Below the pieces are notes generated by a model, which was not told the DNA's origin, made no database searches, and was given only the letters and a program-made list of their open reading frames with translations. A stretch of DNA of 64,000 bases from assembly GCA_964106915.2 (NCBI GenBank), contig OZ066924.1. One strand, 5' to 3'. The number at the start of each line of letters is the position of its first letter. Position 1 is the first letter of the stretch. Source of the DNA: Podarcis gaigeae. Its lineage: Eukaryota. Position numbers and translations under genes: made by a program. Positions 11,720 to 24,954 of the stretch are shown here, piece after piece.

Positions 11720-13261
11720 CCCTCCACCCCACATTTAGTTTGGGACTGTGCTGGGAGCAAAGGGTTAAAGCTCCCCCTCCATGGCCTTGATCTGGCTTAA
11801 GCTCCTATTTGTTAAATAAAATCATGCTAGCTGCCATAGTGCAAAGCTAAATGACGAGAATAATGTCATGTCTAGTTTGGTCCCAAGAGAAGATCTGCAC
11901 TGGCTTTGTAAAATGTATTTTACACCTACACTTCCCATCTTCCTTTAAGTATGTTAGAAAATGTTTTATTTGCAGAATTGGGAACATCAGTCGTTCATAT
12001 TGAGATTTTTCTCCACCTCTGCCTAAGTTCAGTCCTTCTATTTACTTTCTGTGTTTCACAGCACATGCTGTTGTTTCAACATTTCATTTGCGGAATCGAA
12101 ATGGAGGAACAAATAAAGGTACAAATTGTGAAGTATAGCCAGAAGGCTTTGACAGAAAGAACAGCAGGACTACTTCATCTTTATAGCATTTGATTCAGTG
12201 ACACTGCAACTGACAAGGTTTCTGCTCTGAGCATTTAATTCTGCAATTTAAAGTACTATTCAACAAAACATAAAAGGAAGTATGTCTGATTCAGTGGTCA
12301 TACACATTCTTTGCAAAATATAATGTGACATAAACCCTATTGAATCTGATTTTACTGTTAATGTTGCTATTTTGCTACCTGTCCAACTGCTATGCATATG
12401 TATGAAATACAGCTATTATTGCAGTTTGCAGGTGCTGGGGCCTCAATCTTTATCAGTGAGCAATTAACAATCCATTATCTGCAATAGGAAATGAGCTCCG
12501 GGGTTTTAAATTCACCACACAGTTGTCCATAAACTGTGTTTATGTTGCGCAAATGAAACAAAAAGTAACAGCACAAGGAGTAGATTATTCTGAAACCAAC
12601 CAATATTGTTTGGTCATCACATTCTTTTCCCATTCCATTATATTCTGCTAACTACCTCTTGCCTCATCAGGTTGGGAGAGAATGAAAAGCTTTTGTAGAC
12701 CGATATGAATCCATAGAAAAGCTGCCGAGACTTTGAATGAGGACCGTTATAGCTTTCATAATGGCTTTTGTAATTGTGTTTTAATATTTTGTCCTACTCA
12801 ACCTTTTTAGATAAGGTAAAGAAAGGTAAATGCGTATGCCAAAATCAAACAGCAGGCCACCCATTTATTTGTATTTAAGAAGGTTTCTGGGTTATTATAT
12901 AAAGATTTACACTGCACTGCTTTTATAATTTTGGAGTAAATAATGGGAGAGAAACTACACAGCAACAGTTAAAGAGGAAGAAATGGCTTAGGTTGCAATC
13001 ATGTGAGTGCTTATGGGGAAAAGCTCCAATAAATGATCAATCAACTACACGTCACTTCCAAAAAATCAGCTCCCATGGTTGGACTTGCTTCTGTGTAATT
13101 ATGGATAGGATAGGGGGAAATAAAAGTCATGGCATCTATTATCTTGGTAATCATAAGATTCCTAAAAACATGCCAGAATCAACCAAAAAGTTGGTCATAC
13201 AGGAGCAACTTCATTGCACTTTTGCATGAACACTAACTCATAGAGTAATTATGTGTCTCTG

Positions 13262-13480
13262 CGTGCAGGGAAGTCCCTAAATCACAGGAGGTTTGAGACC
13301 CATCAACTACCCTCATCTGGATTAGGCAAGCTGTTAAAGCCATTCCAAGGGTGTGGCCGCTGTCACATGCTGACAGCTTCTAGGAGCAACAGGTGGGAGC
13401 TGAATGGAGGGAGGGGACCAGATGTGGACAAACAGCCCCAGAAGGAGCACAATGTGTCCCCCACCAGAGGGGGGGCGGGC
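13262..13480 (-). mobile_element. Repeat homologous to the RTE-like 5' module at 52660-52800 plus 54404-54480
   Basis: Reverse-complement similarity, for example ggtttgagacccatcaactacc and gggtgtggc(a/c)gctgtc(a/g)catgctgacag. The peptide RFETHQLPS appears in both ORF-track translations. Confidence 0.65.
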
Positions 13481-13861
13481 ACTACTCCTCCCCTAACACC
13501 CCAATCCCCACAAACATGCCCATTCATTGTTTTTAATGGAGCTACAGATTTAGGTTATTGACTGAGGCCAGCAGAGGCAACGGGTGTCTGGAGAGGCAAC
13601 CAGGAAGAGGACTACTCCAATGAGACTGTCTGTGGACACACAATACCCTGATTAGTCCATATTATGAGATTGGCTGGCCTCCCTGCCATTCTCTTAGGCT
13701 GGTCCACCAGAGCACCCAGACAACTTTTCCCCATGCACCACCATCAGTCACCACTGAAGTGTTCCCTCTTAAGACCAGCTCTTTTCTTGCAGCAGCACAG
13801 CACCTATTTGCTGTTTTCAACATCTGGGTATACATGATAGTTTCTGAGGTGTAAGGCAATA

Positions 13862-14087
13862 CAGTGGTACCTCGGGTTAAGTACTTAATTTGTTCCAGAG
13901 GTCCGTTCTTAACCTGAAACTGTTCTTAACCTGAAGCACCACTTTAGCTAATGGGGCCTCCTCCTGCTGCTGCACCGCCGGAGCACGATTTCTGTTCTTA
14001 TCCTGAAGCAAAGTTCTTAACCCGAGGTAATATTTCTGTGTTAGCGGAGTCTGTAACCTGAAGCGTATGTAACCTGAGGTACCACTG
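13862..14087. mobile_element. Tc1/mariner (pogo/Tigger-like) MITE
   Basis: TIRs cagtggtacctcgggtta / taacctgaggtaccactg with a TA TSD. Same family as the copies at 42064 and 46810. Confidence 0.9.
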
Positions 14088-14094
14088 TACATGT

Positions 14095-14515
14095 GTTTCA
14101 TTATTTATCTGTTCGAAACATTTATATCTTACCTGCCCAAGGCTCAAGTCAGCTTTCAACAGTTCATAAACATTAAAAGTAACATTAATAGCAATAATAA
14201 ATAAATACCATAGAATCAACAGTGGCAGAAACACAGGGCCTCAAATAATGCCCACATAGCAGCCCCAGGCCTTTCAGAGGATGTACATTGTGCATTGTCT
14301 CTGAAAAGCTGAACAAACAGACCTGTTTCAAGCTCCACCAACGGAGTCATTCCACAGCCTGTGAGCAGCTATGGTAAAGATCCTTACCACAGACAGCATT
14401 TCTAGCAGTCTGGACGCATGGAGCAAGATGTAAAGAGTATCTGGGCTCATATAAGGAGAGGTGGTATCTGAGGAAATGGGGGTCTCAGGCCATAAAGAGC
14501 TTTAACAGTAAGCGC
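14095..14515 (-). mobile_element. Degraded L2 LINE 3' fragment
   Basis: AT-rich tail plus the cattccacagcctg and ggagaggtggtatctgag...ggccataaagagcttta motifs typical of reversed L2 ORF ends (compare 52990-53180). Confidence 0.45.
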
Positions 14516-14599
14516 CATGTGGAAATGTCACCTAGCCTGTCCTACTCTTCCTAAACTAGCCTTCAGCCTTGAGGTGAGGTGGGAAATGCTGTCCCATTA

Positions 14600-15077
14600 C
14601 CAGTGTTGAAGTAAGATTCAATTGTCAGCCTAGCTGGCCTTTGTATAAGTCCACTTACCCCCTTTTAGGGGTGCGCCGACTTTGCAGAATGGCCAGCGCC
14701 TCTCCTCCATGATGCTAGGCTATGTGTCAGGGTCTGACACAGGGTCGTGCTAGAGCACGGGCTTCGGCTCTTGTTCTCGGCTTGAAATCCTGCTCTGTGA
14801 CAGCCTGCTGAATTGGCAAATGGCAGGCTGGCTTGGAGGGCTGGGCTATCGGGGGGTGGACTTGAGGTCCTTCAGGTCCACTCCTGGGGGGATTTAAAAC
14901 AGCCCGCTTCAGCCCCCGACACCCAGCTCTTGTTTGTCAGATCAAGATTGCTGGACTTTGTTGGATCACGTTCAGCGCAAGACCAGGGGATTTTTCTGGA
15001 TAGCAAGCGTGGGATCTACGAGTGCGGCCAGTGTTGAAGTAAAATTCAACTGTCAGGCTGGTTGGCCTTTGTACAAG
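14600..15077. repeat. 50-bp imperfect direct repeats flanking a GC-rich structured cassette
   Basis: 14600-14649 and 15028-15077 match at 44 of 50 positions. The 378-bp interior is CpG-rich with multiple hairpins. Confidence 0.8.
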
Positions 15078-15603
15078 AATTTGGGGAAAGGTGCTTTCTT
15101 TTCCATTGCCTCAGGTGGCAAAATGTCTTGGGCTGGTCCTGCACTTTACAAAACATGAATAGAATTAATTTCATGTACTACATATATCTTGTCTTCTTCT
15201 TTCTAGATAAGATTAGCATTAAGTGTCTAATAATCACAAGAGAGACTGTACAACAAACACACAAATTGCTTGGATACAAAATAACTAGCAGATGCGAGCT
15301 GAAACAAGCTGAGGCCAAATGTGTACAATTGACTCTGTGTTAGTCCTTGATCCACCTACACAGCCACAACACCTCCTGCCAATTATTTGACTTAAGGTTT
15401 TAATCATCTCTTCTCCTCTTTGCTGTCCTTCATATTGACATGAATAGCTTTCACAGATGCCTGTGCAGTGGGCATTATTAACATTCAACAGTGTATTATC
15501 AACATCACTGCTGCATCTTTGAATTTTTTGGGCATTCACACATATGCGTGGGATTGCCAGCATTTGCATGCTTGACAGCCACCAAATCTGAGACATTAAT
15601 AGT

Positions 15604-15631
15604 CACACACACACACACACACACACACACA
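15604..15631. repeat. (CA)n microsatellite
   Basis: Read directly from the sequence. Confidence 0.95.
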
Positions 15632-17067
15632 TCCCAGGTTCTGAATTTTTTCTACAAACAAGATAGAAAAGGTAATTTAAGTAACTTCAAAGCTACCTAG
15701 GCCAATTTGTGTGTGGTACATGCTCCCTCCAGCCCCCCAGTAAAGATTGCTTATTACTTGTACAATCTCCATTTAATTTTTGGTTGTTTTGGCATCCTGT
15801 TGCAATCTGTGCTCAGCTTCCAGACTGTGTTGTAGGAAAATGGGTGTTTTGCCAACCTCACCACTATGTTCCTTAGCACTAGCACTAAATGCTTTGTGGG
15901 GATCATGAATAATTTTGGAAATCCCCATCTGAGTTGTTGACACAATCAGCACCTTTCAGTTCCATCTGATATTTTTTTTAAAAAACCCGTATATCTGAAG
16001 TTGTACATTGTTCAGGTATTTAGCCATTTCTGAGAACACCCTGCATTATACTGCAGAATAAATAAATAAATCACACATTTTCCTCACTTGAATAAAAAGA
16101 AAGTGGGTGACTACAACTCCCATCAGCCAAAGCCATCATGGATTATGCAATGTTAGAAGTTCAAAGTTGAAGACATGTTGAAAGCATGAGAGAATACACT
16201 GAAACACTGGGCGTATTCCAGCCAAAGTTAATAACTTTTAAATCTCATTTATTTCATGGGAGACATTTGGGAACACGCTGAACTGACTTTCTGAGATGAA
16301 TGGGACTTTGTGCTGCTTAACATTGGCTGGATTGAGCCCACAATATCAGGAAATGAAAACTGAAAATAATTATAAGAAAGATATGCCAGCACAGATGTAG
16401 TCTTTAAAGGAGGTCTTTTCATGTTTTGACTTATGCTGCTCCATACACCCACTCACCCCAGCTGATTTTTGTCACACTTTTCAAGAGGGTTTCTAAACCA
16501 GAACTTAATTAATGTTTAATAAGACCACCATTTTTACTTATACTCTGCCATTAGCTATCTAAACTGACTGTACCTCATTAGGCTGAAATCTTGTGGATAG
16601 AAACCAGCTTTAAAATTGTAAAAAAAGTAAATCTCAAATAAAACATGCACCATTAATAATCAGTAGATCACATTCAACCAACAAAATTATTATAATATTT
16701 TATTTTAAAAAGCCAAGTTTGGTTGCAGTTGTAAGTTAAATCTCAAAGTGTACCTCTGGTGTATAGTTAATGGGACTGTAAAAATAGTGTTTTAATGGGA
16801 CTGACAGACATACATTCTTCCAACTGCAAAGAATAGACATGCTGCTTACCCTAGATCCAATAATACCCTAAGCCAGCTTCGGATGAATCATACATTCAAT
16901 TTAAACAGAGACACCATTTTACAAATGTGAAAGAATTCAGTGCCCTGATTTCCTACTGATCAAAACTTCACTGCTTTTTGTCAGAGGAAGACAGGGGATC
17001 CAAATAAAAGAAACACACATAAAAGTAAATCAGGCAGAGAGAATACATAAAACAACCGGTATTTTAC

Positions 17068-17185
17068 CTGAGCATGGTTTCTCAAAATGGATTAAGGGAT
17101 CAGGTCACCCATTGCCTGAAGACAATTTCTTAAAACTGAATTACTCTGGAACTTCTGTTGGTAAATGTCCTCCTGGTGGAGCTTT
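17068..17185 (-). other. Candidate 5'-UTR exon ending ...ACCATGCTCAG|gtaaaa
   Basis: Donor CAG|gtaaaa with possible acceptors at 17186-17187 or 17116-17117. Stops occur in all frames, so it is non-coding apart from a terminal ATG. Confidence 0.25.
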
Positions 17186-18401
17186 CTTAAAAATGGGAAG
17201 CCTATCTGATTATGCCCTCTGGACAGCTGCATAAAAGTCACTGAAAGTTTAAAATACTGCTACCCTACTACTAGAAGAATAGGCTATTTACAAGTCAGTC
17301 TTTGACCAAAGGCCAAATCCCCATCTACCACTGCAGTGTACGGTAGTTCTTTAAACCTTAGGCTGGCATGTTGCTGTGTTCCCAGGCTTAAAATATCTTG
17401 CTTTGAACTGAAGAGCTAAAGTATGCAATGCACAGCCTTCCTGGAGAAATCCAAATGTGAGTTGCTTCTCCTACAAAGTCTTGCATTCTGCACCTGGGGC
17501 ATAGTGCACATGAATAAAAAAAAAATCCTCCACATGGCTCCCCCCTGCCCAACCTCATATATTTTTAAATCGTTCCACTTAGCAAGAACAGAAAGATTGC
17601 TTGTGAAGATCTTCAGTAAAATAGATTTTAAAAAAAATAAAAAATTGGCATTTTATTGCTTTAGGAGTAAACAAGATACGGAGTCGTGCCTGATTGTTTA
17701 TCTGAAATATTACGCCAGCTCTGCCTTGGGCTAATTCACAGATTAGACCCCACCAGAGAGCCTCTGTTTCTGCAAGCATTATGTCTCTTAAGTGGTCCTT
17801 AGGATTGCCTGTCAACGACAGAGTCCCAGCATTCATAAGCACTGGCAGATTGCATAGGAAAGAAGATAAAAAGAAGCACCATTAGATGGTGAGAGACAAG
17901 ACATCAGGAGGTGCAATCGTTTCAATAAGCAGGTCATTTTTCATAAAATTCACAGTGTGAGAAGCTTAACAACGCTTAAATGAAAAAAACCCTACAAAAT
18001 GAACGCACATTACTGTAGAACTGTTCATATATCTACTGTACAGATTGAAAGTAAACTTCAGAGGCATTGCTATGGAAGATGGGAATTTTCAGAGGCTTTG
18101 AGAGGCTGGGTCTCTTCAGATAAATACCCCCTCCCCCGTTGCCCCAAACAGTTCCTTGTGCTGGGCAATCACTTGCAGTCTGTTAAGTACTGCAAGCAAA
18201 TAGGCTCCATCTCCAGGCCATTCTTCTTCAGTGATGTGTGAAGATGTTAGCTAGAGAAGAAATTTGGGCACTGGGGTGAAGGATCAGGGAAGAGAAGAGT
18301 CATCGGACAATCTGCTGCTGCACTTTTAATGTCAGCACTACATGGGGATCATCTATCTTGGGTGTGGTCCTTTACTAATGGGGAGGAACTGATTGGCGAA
18401 G

Positions 18402-18972
18402 TGAACATGAGCCAACAGTGTGATGAAGCAGCAAAAATGCTACTTTAGGTTGCATCAACCGAAGTATACTGTCCAAATTAAGGGAAGCAATTGTACCACT
18501 CTATTTTTGCTTGGTTAGACCTCAGCTGGAGTACTGTATCCAGATCTGTGCACCACAATTTAAGAAGGATATTGATGAGCTGGAAAGTGTGCAGAGGAGG
18601 GCAACCAAGATTATCAAAGTTTTGGAAACCAAGCCTTATAAGGAACTGTTGAGGGAGTTGGGAATGTTTAGCCTGGGAAAGAGGAAACTGAGATGAGATA
18701 GAAGATGGAGTAAGCTTGTTTTCTCTGGCTTCAGAGGGCAGGACCCAAACCAATGGATTCAATTTACAAGAATGGAGATTCCGACTAATCAGGAAGAACT
18801 TCCTGACAGCAAGAGCTATATGACAGTGGAGTGGTGGTAGATTCTCCATCTTTGAAGGTTTTTAAGCAGAGGTTGGGTGGCCACCTGTCATGTATGATCT
18901 AGTAGGGGGTTAGACTATATGACTATATGACTCTCAGCGTCTCTTCCAACTCTACAATTCTATGATTCTATG
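18402..18972 (+). mobile_element. CR1 LINE 3' fragment (ORF2 C-terminus plus 3' UTR)
   Basis: VRPQLEYCIQICAPQFKKDIDELESVQRRATKII is a canonical CR1 RT C-terminus. The fragment ends in cttccaactctacaattctatgattctatg. Confidence 0.92.
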
Positions 18973-20209
18973 GTAAAAATGTAAATAAAAATAAAGATAT
19001 TTGTGAAAATAACATAGAAATGCACTTACATTAGGAGAAATTGCTTGAAAAATGCATACGTTAATCAAAATTGCATACCAAAATTGTTCCTGTTAGGAGA
19101 AATTCATAGTAAAATGCTGAAGAATTTTATTGAGCATTTTTTAAAAAAACCTTTTTGCAAATTGTTGCAGAAATGTGAAAAACTGCAGAGCCACTGTGGG
19201 CAGAGTGGGTGAAAAGGGAGGGACACATCTGCCACCCTGCACTCATTGGAAGGAGGGTGGGATGAAAAGGCAGCTACACAAATAAATCCTTAAGTGGCTT
19301 TACCACAACAAAGAAATACTGATTTTCGGGAGTGGCTGGTGTGGTAGCAACACAGAATTGACCTCTCGTACCAGTGTCATTGCCTCTTATGAGGACAGTG
19401 TAGGGGATGGGGCAGGGCGATGGTGAGGTTAAACAAGGGTAGTGGAGAGGTTAGGATGGTGCAGGCTCCTGCTGCTATGACTCCCCCCCCCAATTGCTTC
19501 TGCTTTGTCCTGCTCCCATACTACCCTCCTAAACAGCTGTGATACCACTGTTGGGAGGCTGGCTCTGTGGCACCACCCCAGGGGCTGCTTTTGCTTTTTA
19601 AACCTTGACTGTGCAGTTAGCATTTACACTACACAAGCATGCTCTCTCTCTCTCTCTTATTATTTATTTAGTGTACAGAGCATGCATATTCACTTGGTGT
19701 TGCTTGCAAACATGGTACAAATGACTGCACCAACATATGCCTCTATTTAAACATGTGTATTTACAATGATATTGTACCCTGAAATAATCTTATATTTATG
19801 TGTTATGCTGTTGTACTGTATGCTGCCTCTGAATCAGAAATATGCACACATGGCGGTAGGCTGCCAGAGTGCCGCTGCATGCGTCTATATCTATATCATC
19901 TATATCTATATTTCTGCTGCCTGAGTATAAGCATAGCTGCCCAAGAGGTGGCTGGCACTCTTAATTTGGAGGGGCCTGGCCAGCTGTTTATAGAGGAATG
20001 GCCAAAATCCACCCAAACCAATGAGTAGTTCAGTCAAAGCTAAATCCAGAAATCCAGCGTTAAGACTCATATGCACAGCACCTTGCGCATCCATTGTCTT
20101 CACTCTGGTAGGGGGACAGATAGATCAAGACCAATGTGTTTCTAAAACTCACTACTCCTGCTGCGCCCACATGGAAATGATAGATTATACTTAAATCAAC
20201 CAATTAAGG

Positions 20210-21336
20210 AAATGATTGATGGAAATAATTGGAAATTGCAGAGTTTGGAGAAAATGAAGGATAAAGTGCGAGACTGGTTACATTACGCTCAGATTAAAGA
20301 AGTGTTTAAAAATGATAAAAAGTTAGGGTTCCAGGTGGAGAAATCGAAGTTGGAAACAGAGCTGTTAGAACCTAAGGCTAAGGTACTTTCAAGAATGTAT
20401 AACTTGCTGCTGAAATGGAATACACAAGACGAAATGGTTAAATCGGCTATGATAAAATGGGCACAGGACATTGGGCATAACATTATGTTTGAGGACTGGG
20501 AAAGGTTGTGGACCACTGGGCTGAACTTTACTGCATGTAATGCTTTGAAGGAAAATGTAATGAAAATGATATACAGATGGTACATGACCCCAGTTAAACT
20601 TGCCAAAATATACCATTTGTCTGATAATAAATGTTGGAAATGTAAAGAAAATGAAGGAACATTCTTTCACCTCTGGTGGACCTGCCCTAAAGTGAAGGTC
20701 TTCTGGGAAATTATATATAATGAGCTGAAAAAGGTATTTAAGTATACTTTTACTAAGAAACCAGAGGCCTTCCTTCTGGGTATTGTCGGCCAGAAGGTGT
20801 TAAAGAAGGATAGAACATTCTTTATGTATGCAACAACGGCGGCAAGGATACTTATCGCTAAGAACTGGAAAACTCAAGATCCACCCACACTGGAAGAATG
20901 GCAGATGCAGCTGATGGACTATATGCAACTGGCGGAGATGACTGGCAGAATTCGAGACTTGGGAGAAGAAAGGATTGAAGAAGATTGGAAGAAATTTAAG
21001 ATTTATCTACAAAAATATTGTGACTTAGTGGAATGTTAATGAGGATGCTTGGTTATAAATAATTGGCCACCACTAAATTGGACTGAAAATTGACGACAAA
21101 TAAGATTAAGAGAAACAAAATTTGTTGGAGAATTGTTATACTATATCGAATTGAGTGGTTATAAATTTGCAAATAAGATGAGAATTTGCTTGAAAAAAAC
21201 TTATTAACGATGTAAGTGGGAGCGGGAGACGTGAGGAAGTCCAAAGAAGTTATGAAATTTTGTCAAAACAAAGTAATGTTGTTTATTATTTTTGTATTTC
21301 TTTTATAAAAAACCCTAATAAATATCTTATAAAAAA
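20210..21336 (+). mobile_element. 5'-truncated L1-clade LINE, young insertion
   Basis: Intact ORF2 C-terminus, AT-rich 3' UTR, AATAAA at 21317-21322 and an A-tail at 21331-21336. Flanked by an 84-bp perfect direct repeat. Confidence 0.9.
20212..21039 (+). CDS. L1-clade ORF2 C-terminal region with zinc-knuckle (zf-RVT-like) motif; a fragment lacking endonuclease and RT domains
   Basis: 275 codons without a stop, containing CWKCKENEGTFFHLWWTC (CxxC...HxxxxC) and a Trp-rich C-terminus typical of fish and reptile L1. Confidence 0.85.
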   Translation: MIDGNNWKLQSLEKMKDKVRDWLHYAQIKEVFKNDKKLGFQVEKSKLETELLEPKAKVLSRMYNLLLKWNTQDEMVKSAMIKWAQDIGHNIMFEDWERLWTTGLNFTACNALKENVMKMIYRWYMTPVKLAKIYHLSDNKCWKCKENEGTFFHLWWTCPKVKVFWEIIYNELKKVFKYTFTKKPEAFLLGIVGQKVLKKDRTFFMYATTAARILIAKNWKTQDPPTLEEWQMQLMDYMQLAEMTGRIRDLGEERIEEDWKKFKIYLQKYCDLVEC

Positions 21337-22971
21337 CAAGACCAATGTGTTTCTAAAACTCACTACTCCTGCTGCGCCCACATGGAAATGATAGATTATA
21401 CTTAAATCAACCAATTAAGGTTATGTACACATTGTTGGCTTAAAATGCAGCTAGCTTGTTCGTTTTCTCAATTCAGATTGAACCTGGTTTGTGGGGAAAT
21501 GCCTCAAAATACAGTATTCTATAAGAAATGACAGGATACATATGGGATACAGATTGTGGCTAATGTCATGCATATACTGCTTCCCAAACCAGTTCTGGGA
21601 GCCCACTGGATGCAGAGTAAATGGGAGTGTGTACACAGCCTAAAATGTGCTGCAGTGGGATTTAAGCATGTATCTGAGATTCTTTGTAAATGAGGGTTTG
21701 GTTTAGAAATGAGAACAGTGTCTTTTATTAGAGCACTTTTCTTTTGTTGAGCTAAAGAATGTCTTTATAAACAGATGCAATTTCAGCTTGAAGATTCCAT
21801 AAAATGAAAAAATGTCCCAAGATTCTTCTATCTGCCTCAATAGTTAATTAAATTTGACATGGAAGCATGTGGATTTTAATCATTTGAACTTGGCCCTTAT
21901 AGAGTGAGTCGTTAACTTGTTGGCAATCATGGTTTTGTCACACAACTAAGAAAATTCAAGCAGTTTTCTTTGAAGAAATATGTAGGAGGGAATAGCAATC
22001 TTTTGGGTGTTGCCATATAATATCTTTCAGTGAATTAATAATACTTTGAACTTGTACAGCCTCTGCTACTGGTGGTTCTGAAATAAGGAAAAGAATGACA
22101 GATTCAAGATTTTAACTGAGATACCCATGAGAATTCAACAGGCGCCATAAAAAAGAGACAAGAAAGTGAGAAGATATTTTTCAGGGTTTTTTTTTTTTTG
22201 CATCTCAGTGAAAATAGAAGTTCTCTAGGGGACTTCTCTGCAACTTGCCAAGGAGCTGAGATTTAGTCATCCTAACCTAATGACAGCCATCAATGGAACT
22301 TGGTATCTTTCAGCTGTCAGCTTGAAGAAAGAGCCAAAAGTGAAAATGGAAAGAGAGTCTTTTTTATGTTATTTTATTTTTAGGTTGTTGAGTTATCGTT
22401 ATCTGACAATTATCATTTTACAGAAAATAACAACTTGATGCCAAAACAAAATTGCCACAGTGATGTACTGCTGCCATGTTCATTCCTAAGGGGGGGGGGA
22501 TATGTATAATGGCATAAAAGCAAAATAGTAAGAATTTAGATGTCATTTCCAAAGATGCATGGGGGGGGGGACTTAAATCCCTGGGTGTTGTCCAATTATA
22601 GCATTTTTAACCTCTAAAACTGTGATTTTAATTTAGCTCATGTGTTAATATGCAGATATCTGGGGCTGCCCTTGATTTCTGTGTGAAATGACAGTTCCTT
22701 GAGAACGCAGCAATATAACAGAGGTTTCCTGTGGAGTGGGGTGCATATTATTTTCATCCTAAAGCTGCACACAATTCAACGTGCTGATTTAAATCCCCGT
22801 CTGCAATCCTAAACATACTCATGTGGGAGAAATCAGCATTGAACTCAGTGCGACTTACTTCTGAGCAAACCTGGAGAGGATTACGCTGCAAATGGCCTGA
22901 AGCCTAGCCCCAGTCCTATACTCAAATGTCATACCATTGGTGCTGAAACAAGGAAAAGGAACCTCCAAGTC

Positions 22972-23275
22972 ACAGGTGGGGGAACCTCAGGCCCAGGAAC
23001 TAAATTGGGTCTTCCTGGCCTCTCCAATCCTTTGGACTCTCTCCAGGATTTCCCCCTCGCTGGCTCAGCTTCAGCACCCTGCTGGAGTGCTTCTAACTGG
23101 TTAGAATGTGTCACTTCCTCTTCAGCTGTGATGATGTTTCTCTACCACTTGTAGTCTGCTGTACAAAGGAGGGAGTCACATTTGTTCCTCTGCCCACATT
23201 TTGTCTCTAGCCATGCTCCTGGAAGGTTGCTCACAAGAGAGTGTTATCCTCAGGTTGAAAAAGTTCCCCCACCGC
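22972..23275. mobile_element. hAT-type MITE, degraded
   Basis: Ends caggtgggggaacctcaggccc / gaaaaagttcccccacc. A related copy lies at about 44696-45010. Confidence 0.55.
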
Positions 23276-23544
23276 TAAGCTCTAAGTATCATATATGCTT
23301 CTTTTGCTAAGAGTATCTAGAAAACACAGACCATAGTGCTTTGTTTGAGACTGCCTATCCTCCTTTTCTTCTTTCCTGCTATGTGAGTACCCCCAGTATC
23401 CGAAGTATGGTAGGCACAGGATCTAGAGCCTTCTCAGATGTGTTGCTCCATCCATAAAAAATCATTAAGCAAGAACCACCTGGCCATCTTTTCCTTCTTC
23501 TTTTGCAACATGATGACGCTCTTCTAAATCTTCAGTCCCAGGCT

Positions 23545-23990
23545 ATATTTCCTCATACTTTGCCTGGGCTCTGAAATCTTCGAAGGAGGCCCTTCTCTCA
23601 GTCCCGTCACCCTCATAGGCACAGTTGGTGGGGACACAGGAGAGCATCTTCTCAGTAGCTTCTCATGGAATCTGGAACTCCCTAGAGAAGCTAGACTGGT
23701 TCCCTCCTTGTTGTCCTTCTGCCTGCAAACAGGTGACGACTGTTTTAGTATAACAGATTTTTGTGAACTTTTTTAAAAAAGGAAAAAGCTTTTAATGGTG
23801 CTGTGCTGTTTTTACTATCTATATTTTAATAGATTCATTTTTATATTTTAATTCTATTATAGCTTAATTACTTTTTGACTATTACCTTTTATATGTTTTT
23901 TATCTTTTTGTGTTTTATGTGTGTTGCTTTAATTTATGCAAGCCACCTTGAGTCCCGGTCTGGGAAAATGGTGGGATATAAATAAATATA
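23545..23990 (+). mobile_element. L2 LINE 3' fragment
   Basis: ORF-end motifs gaaggaggcccttctctcagtccc...ggaactccct, a T-rich UTR, and an agccaccttgagtcc...gggatataaataaat terminus, followed by (ATG)n at 23990-24025. Confidence 0.6.
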
Positions 23991-24679
23991 ATGATAATGA
24001 TGATGATGATGATGATGATGATGATGCCCTTCCAAAGTTAAGTTGATCAGGTTTTGCTTTTGCAGGTTATTGTTTGTGTGTTATGGTTGTTATGGGTTGG
24101 ATTTTAGATGTGTTTTTATTATTTGATTTTTTTGCATGCTGATTATATATTATAAACTACATTAGATATAAGGGCAATGAAAAGCAACTCTTTATTTATT
24201 GACTTTTTAGTCCACCCTATTCATCTCTTAATGTTCAGTGAGTGTAATATTTAGACAAATATAATTACACATGGGGAGGAACCCAAGTGAAATACATAGA
24301 GCAACCCAACCCTCTACAAGTGAAATATGAGGACATACCAAAATCCATCCATGGGCTTGGCAGCTTCTCAAGTGTACTCAGACTACAGAAATGTGTAAAC
24401 TCCTCTGGTGTACTGATGTAGCTTGATGACAGCTTCATGCAGTGATGTAGCCTGATGACAGCATCAACGTCTGTGAGCTGCATGCACAGAGAAACTTAAC
24501 GCAGCTTAAGATGTAATAATGCAACCTGGGTGCTTTAAAAGCGGGGAGTCATACAAATTCATATTTTAATTATTGTCATTTATTATTATTTATTAAAAGT
24601 CTAAAAGTCCAAGGATCACAGGGTAGTTTACAATATAAAAACACAAAATACATAATAACAAAGAAAAACAACAGGTGAT

Positions 24680-24850
24680 GATGGCTGTGTACCACCTCTG
24701 AGTACTAGTTGCTGTGGCTTTTAAAAGGAGAAGGTTATTGCACTCATTCCCCTTTCATGGGCTTCCCATAGGCATCTGATTCATCGCGATGAGTATAGAA
24801 TGCTGGACTAGAAAGGCCTTCGGTCTGATCCCCCAGGGCTCTGACATTCT
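24680..24850 (+). mobile_element. CR1-type 3' UTR fragment
   Basis: gggcttcccataggcatctg...atgctggactag motif shared with 32370-32525 (+) and 37191-37280 (-). Confidence 0.55.
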
Positions 24851-24954
24851 TTGGCTTCTGCACCTATGTAAGTAAAAACAACAGCCCTTTTAACAGCCCC
24901 TTCAGGTTTTGAGAGTCTCAAAATAGCCATTTAGAAATCTAGTGTGGACATAAC

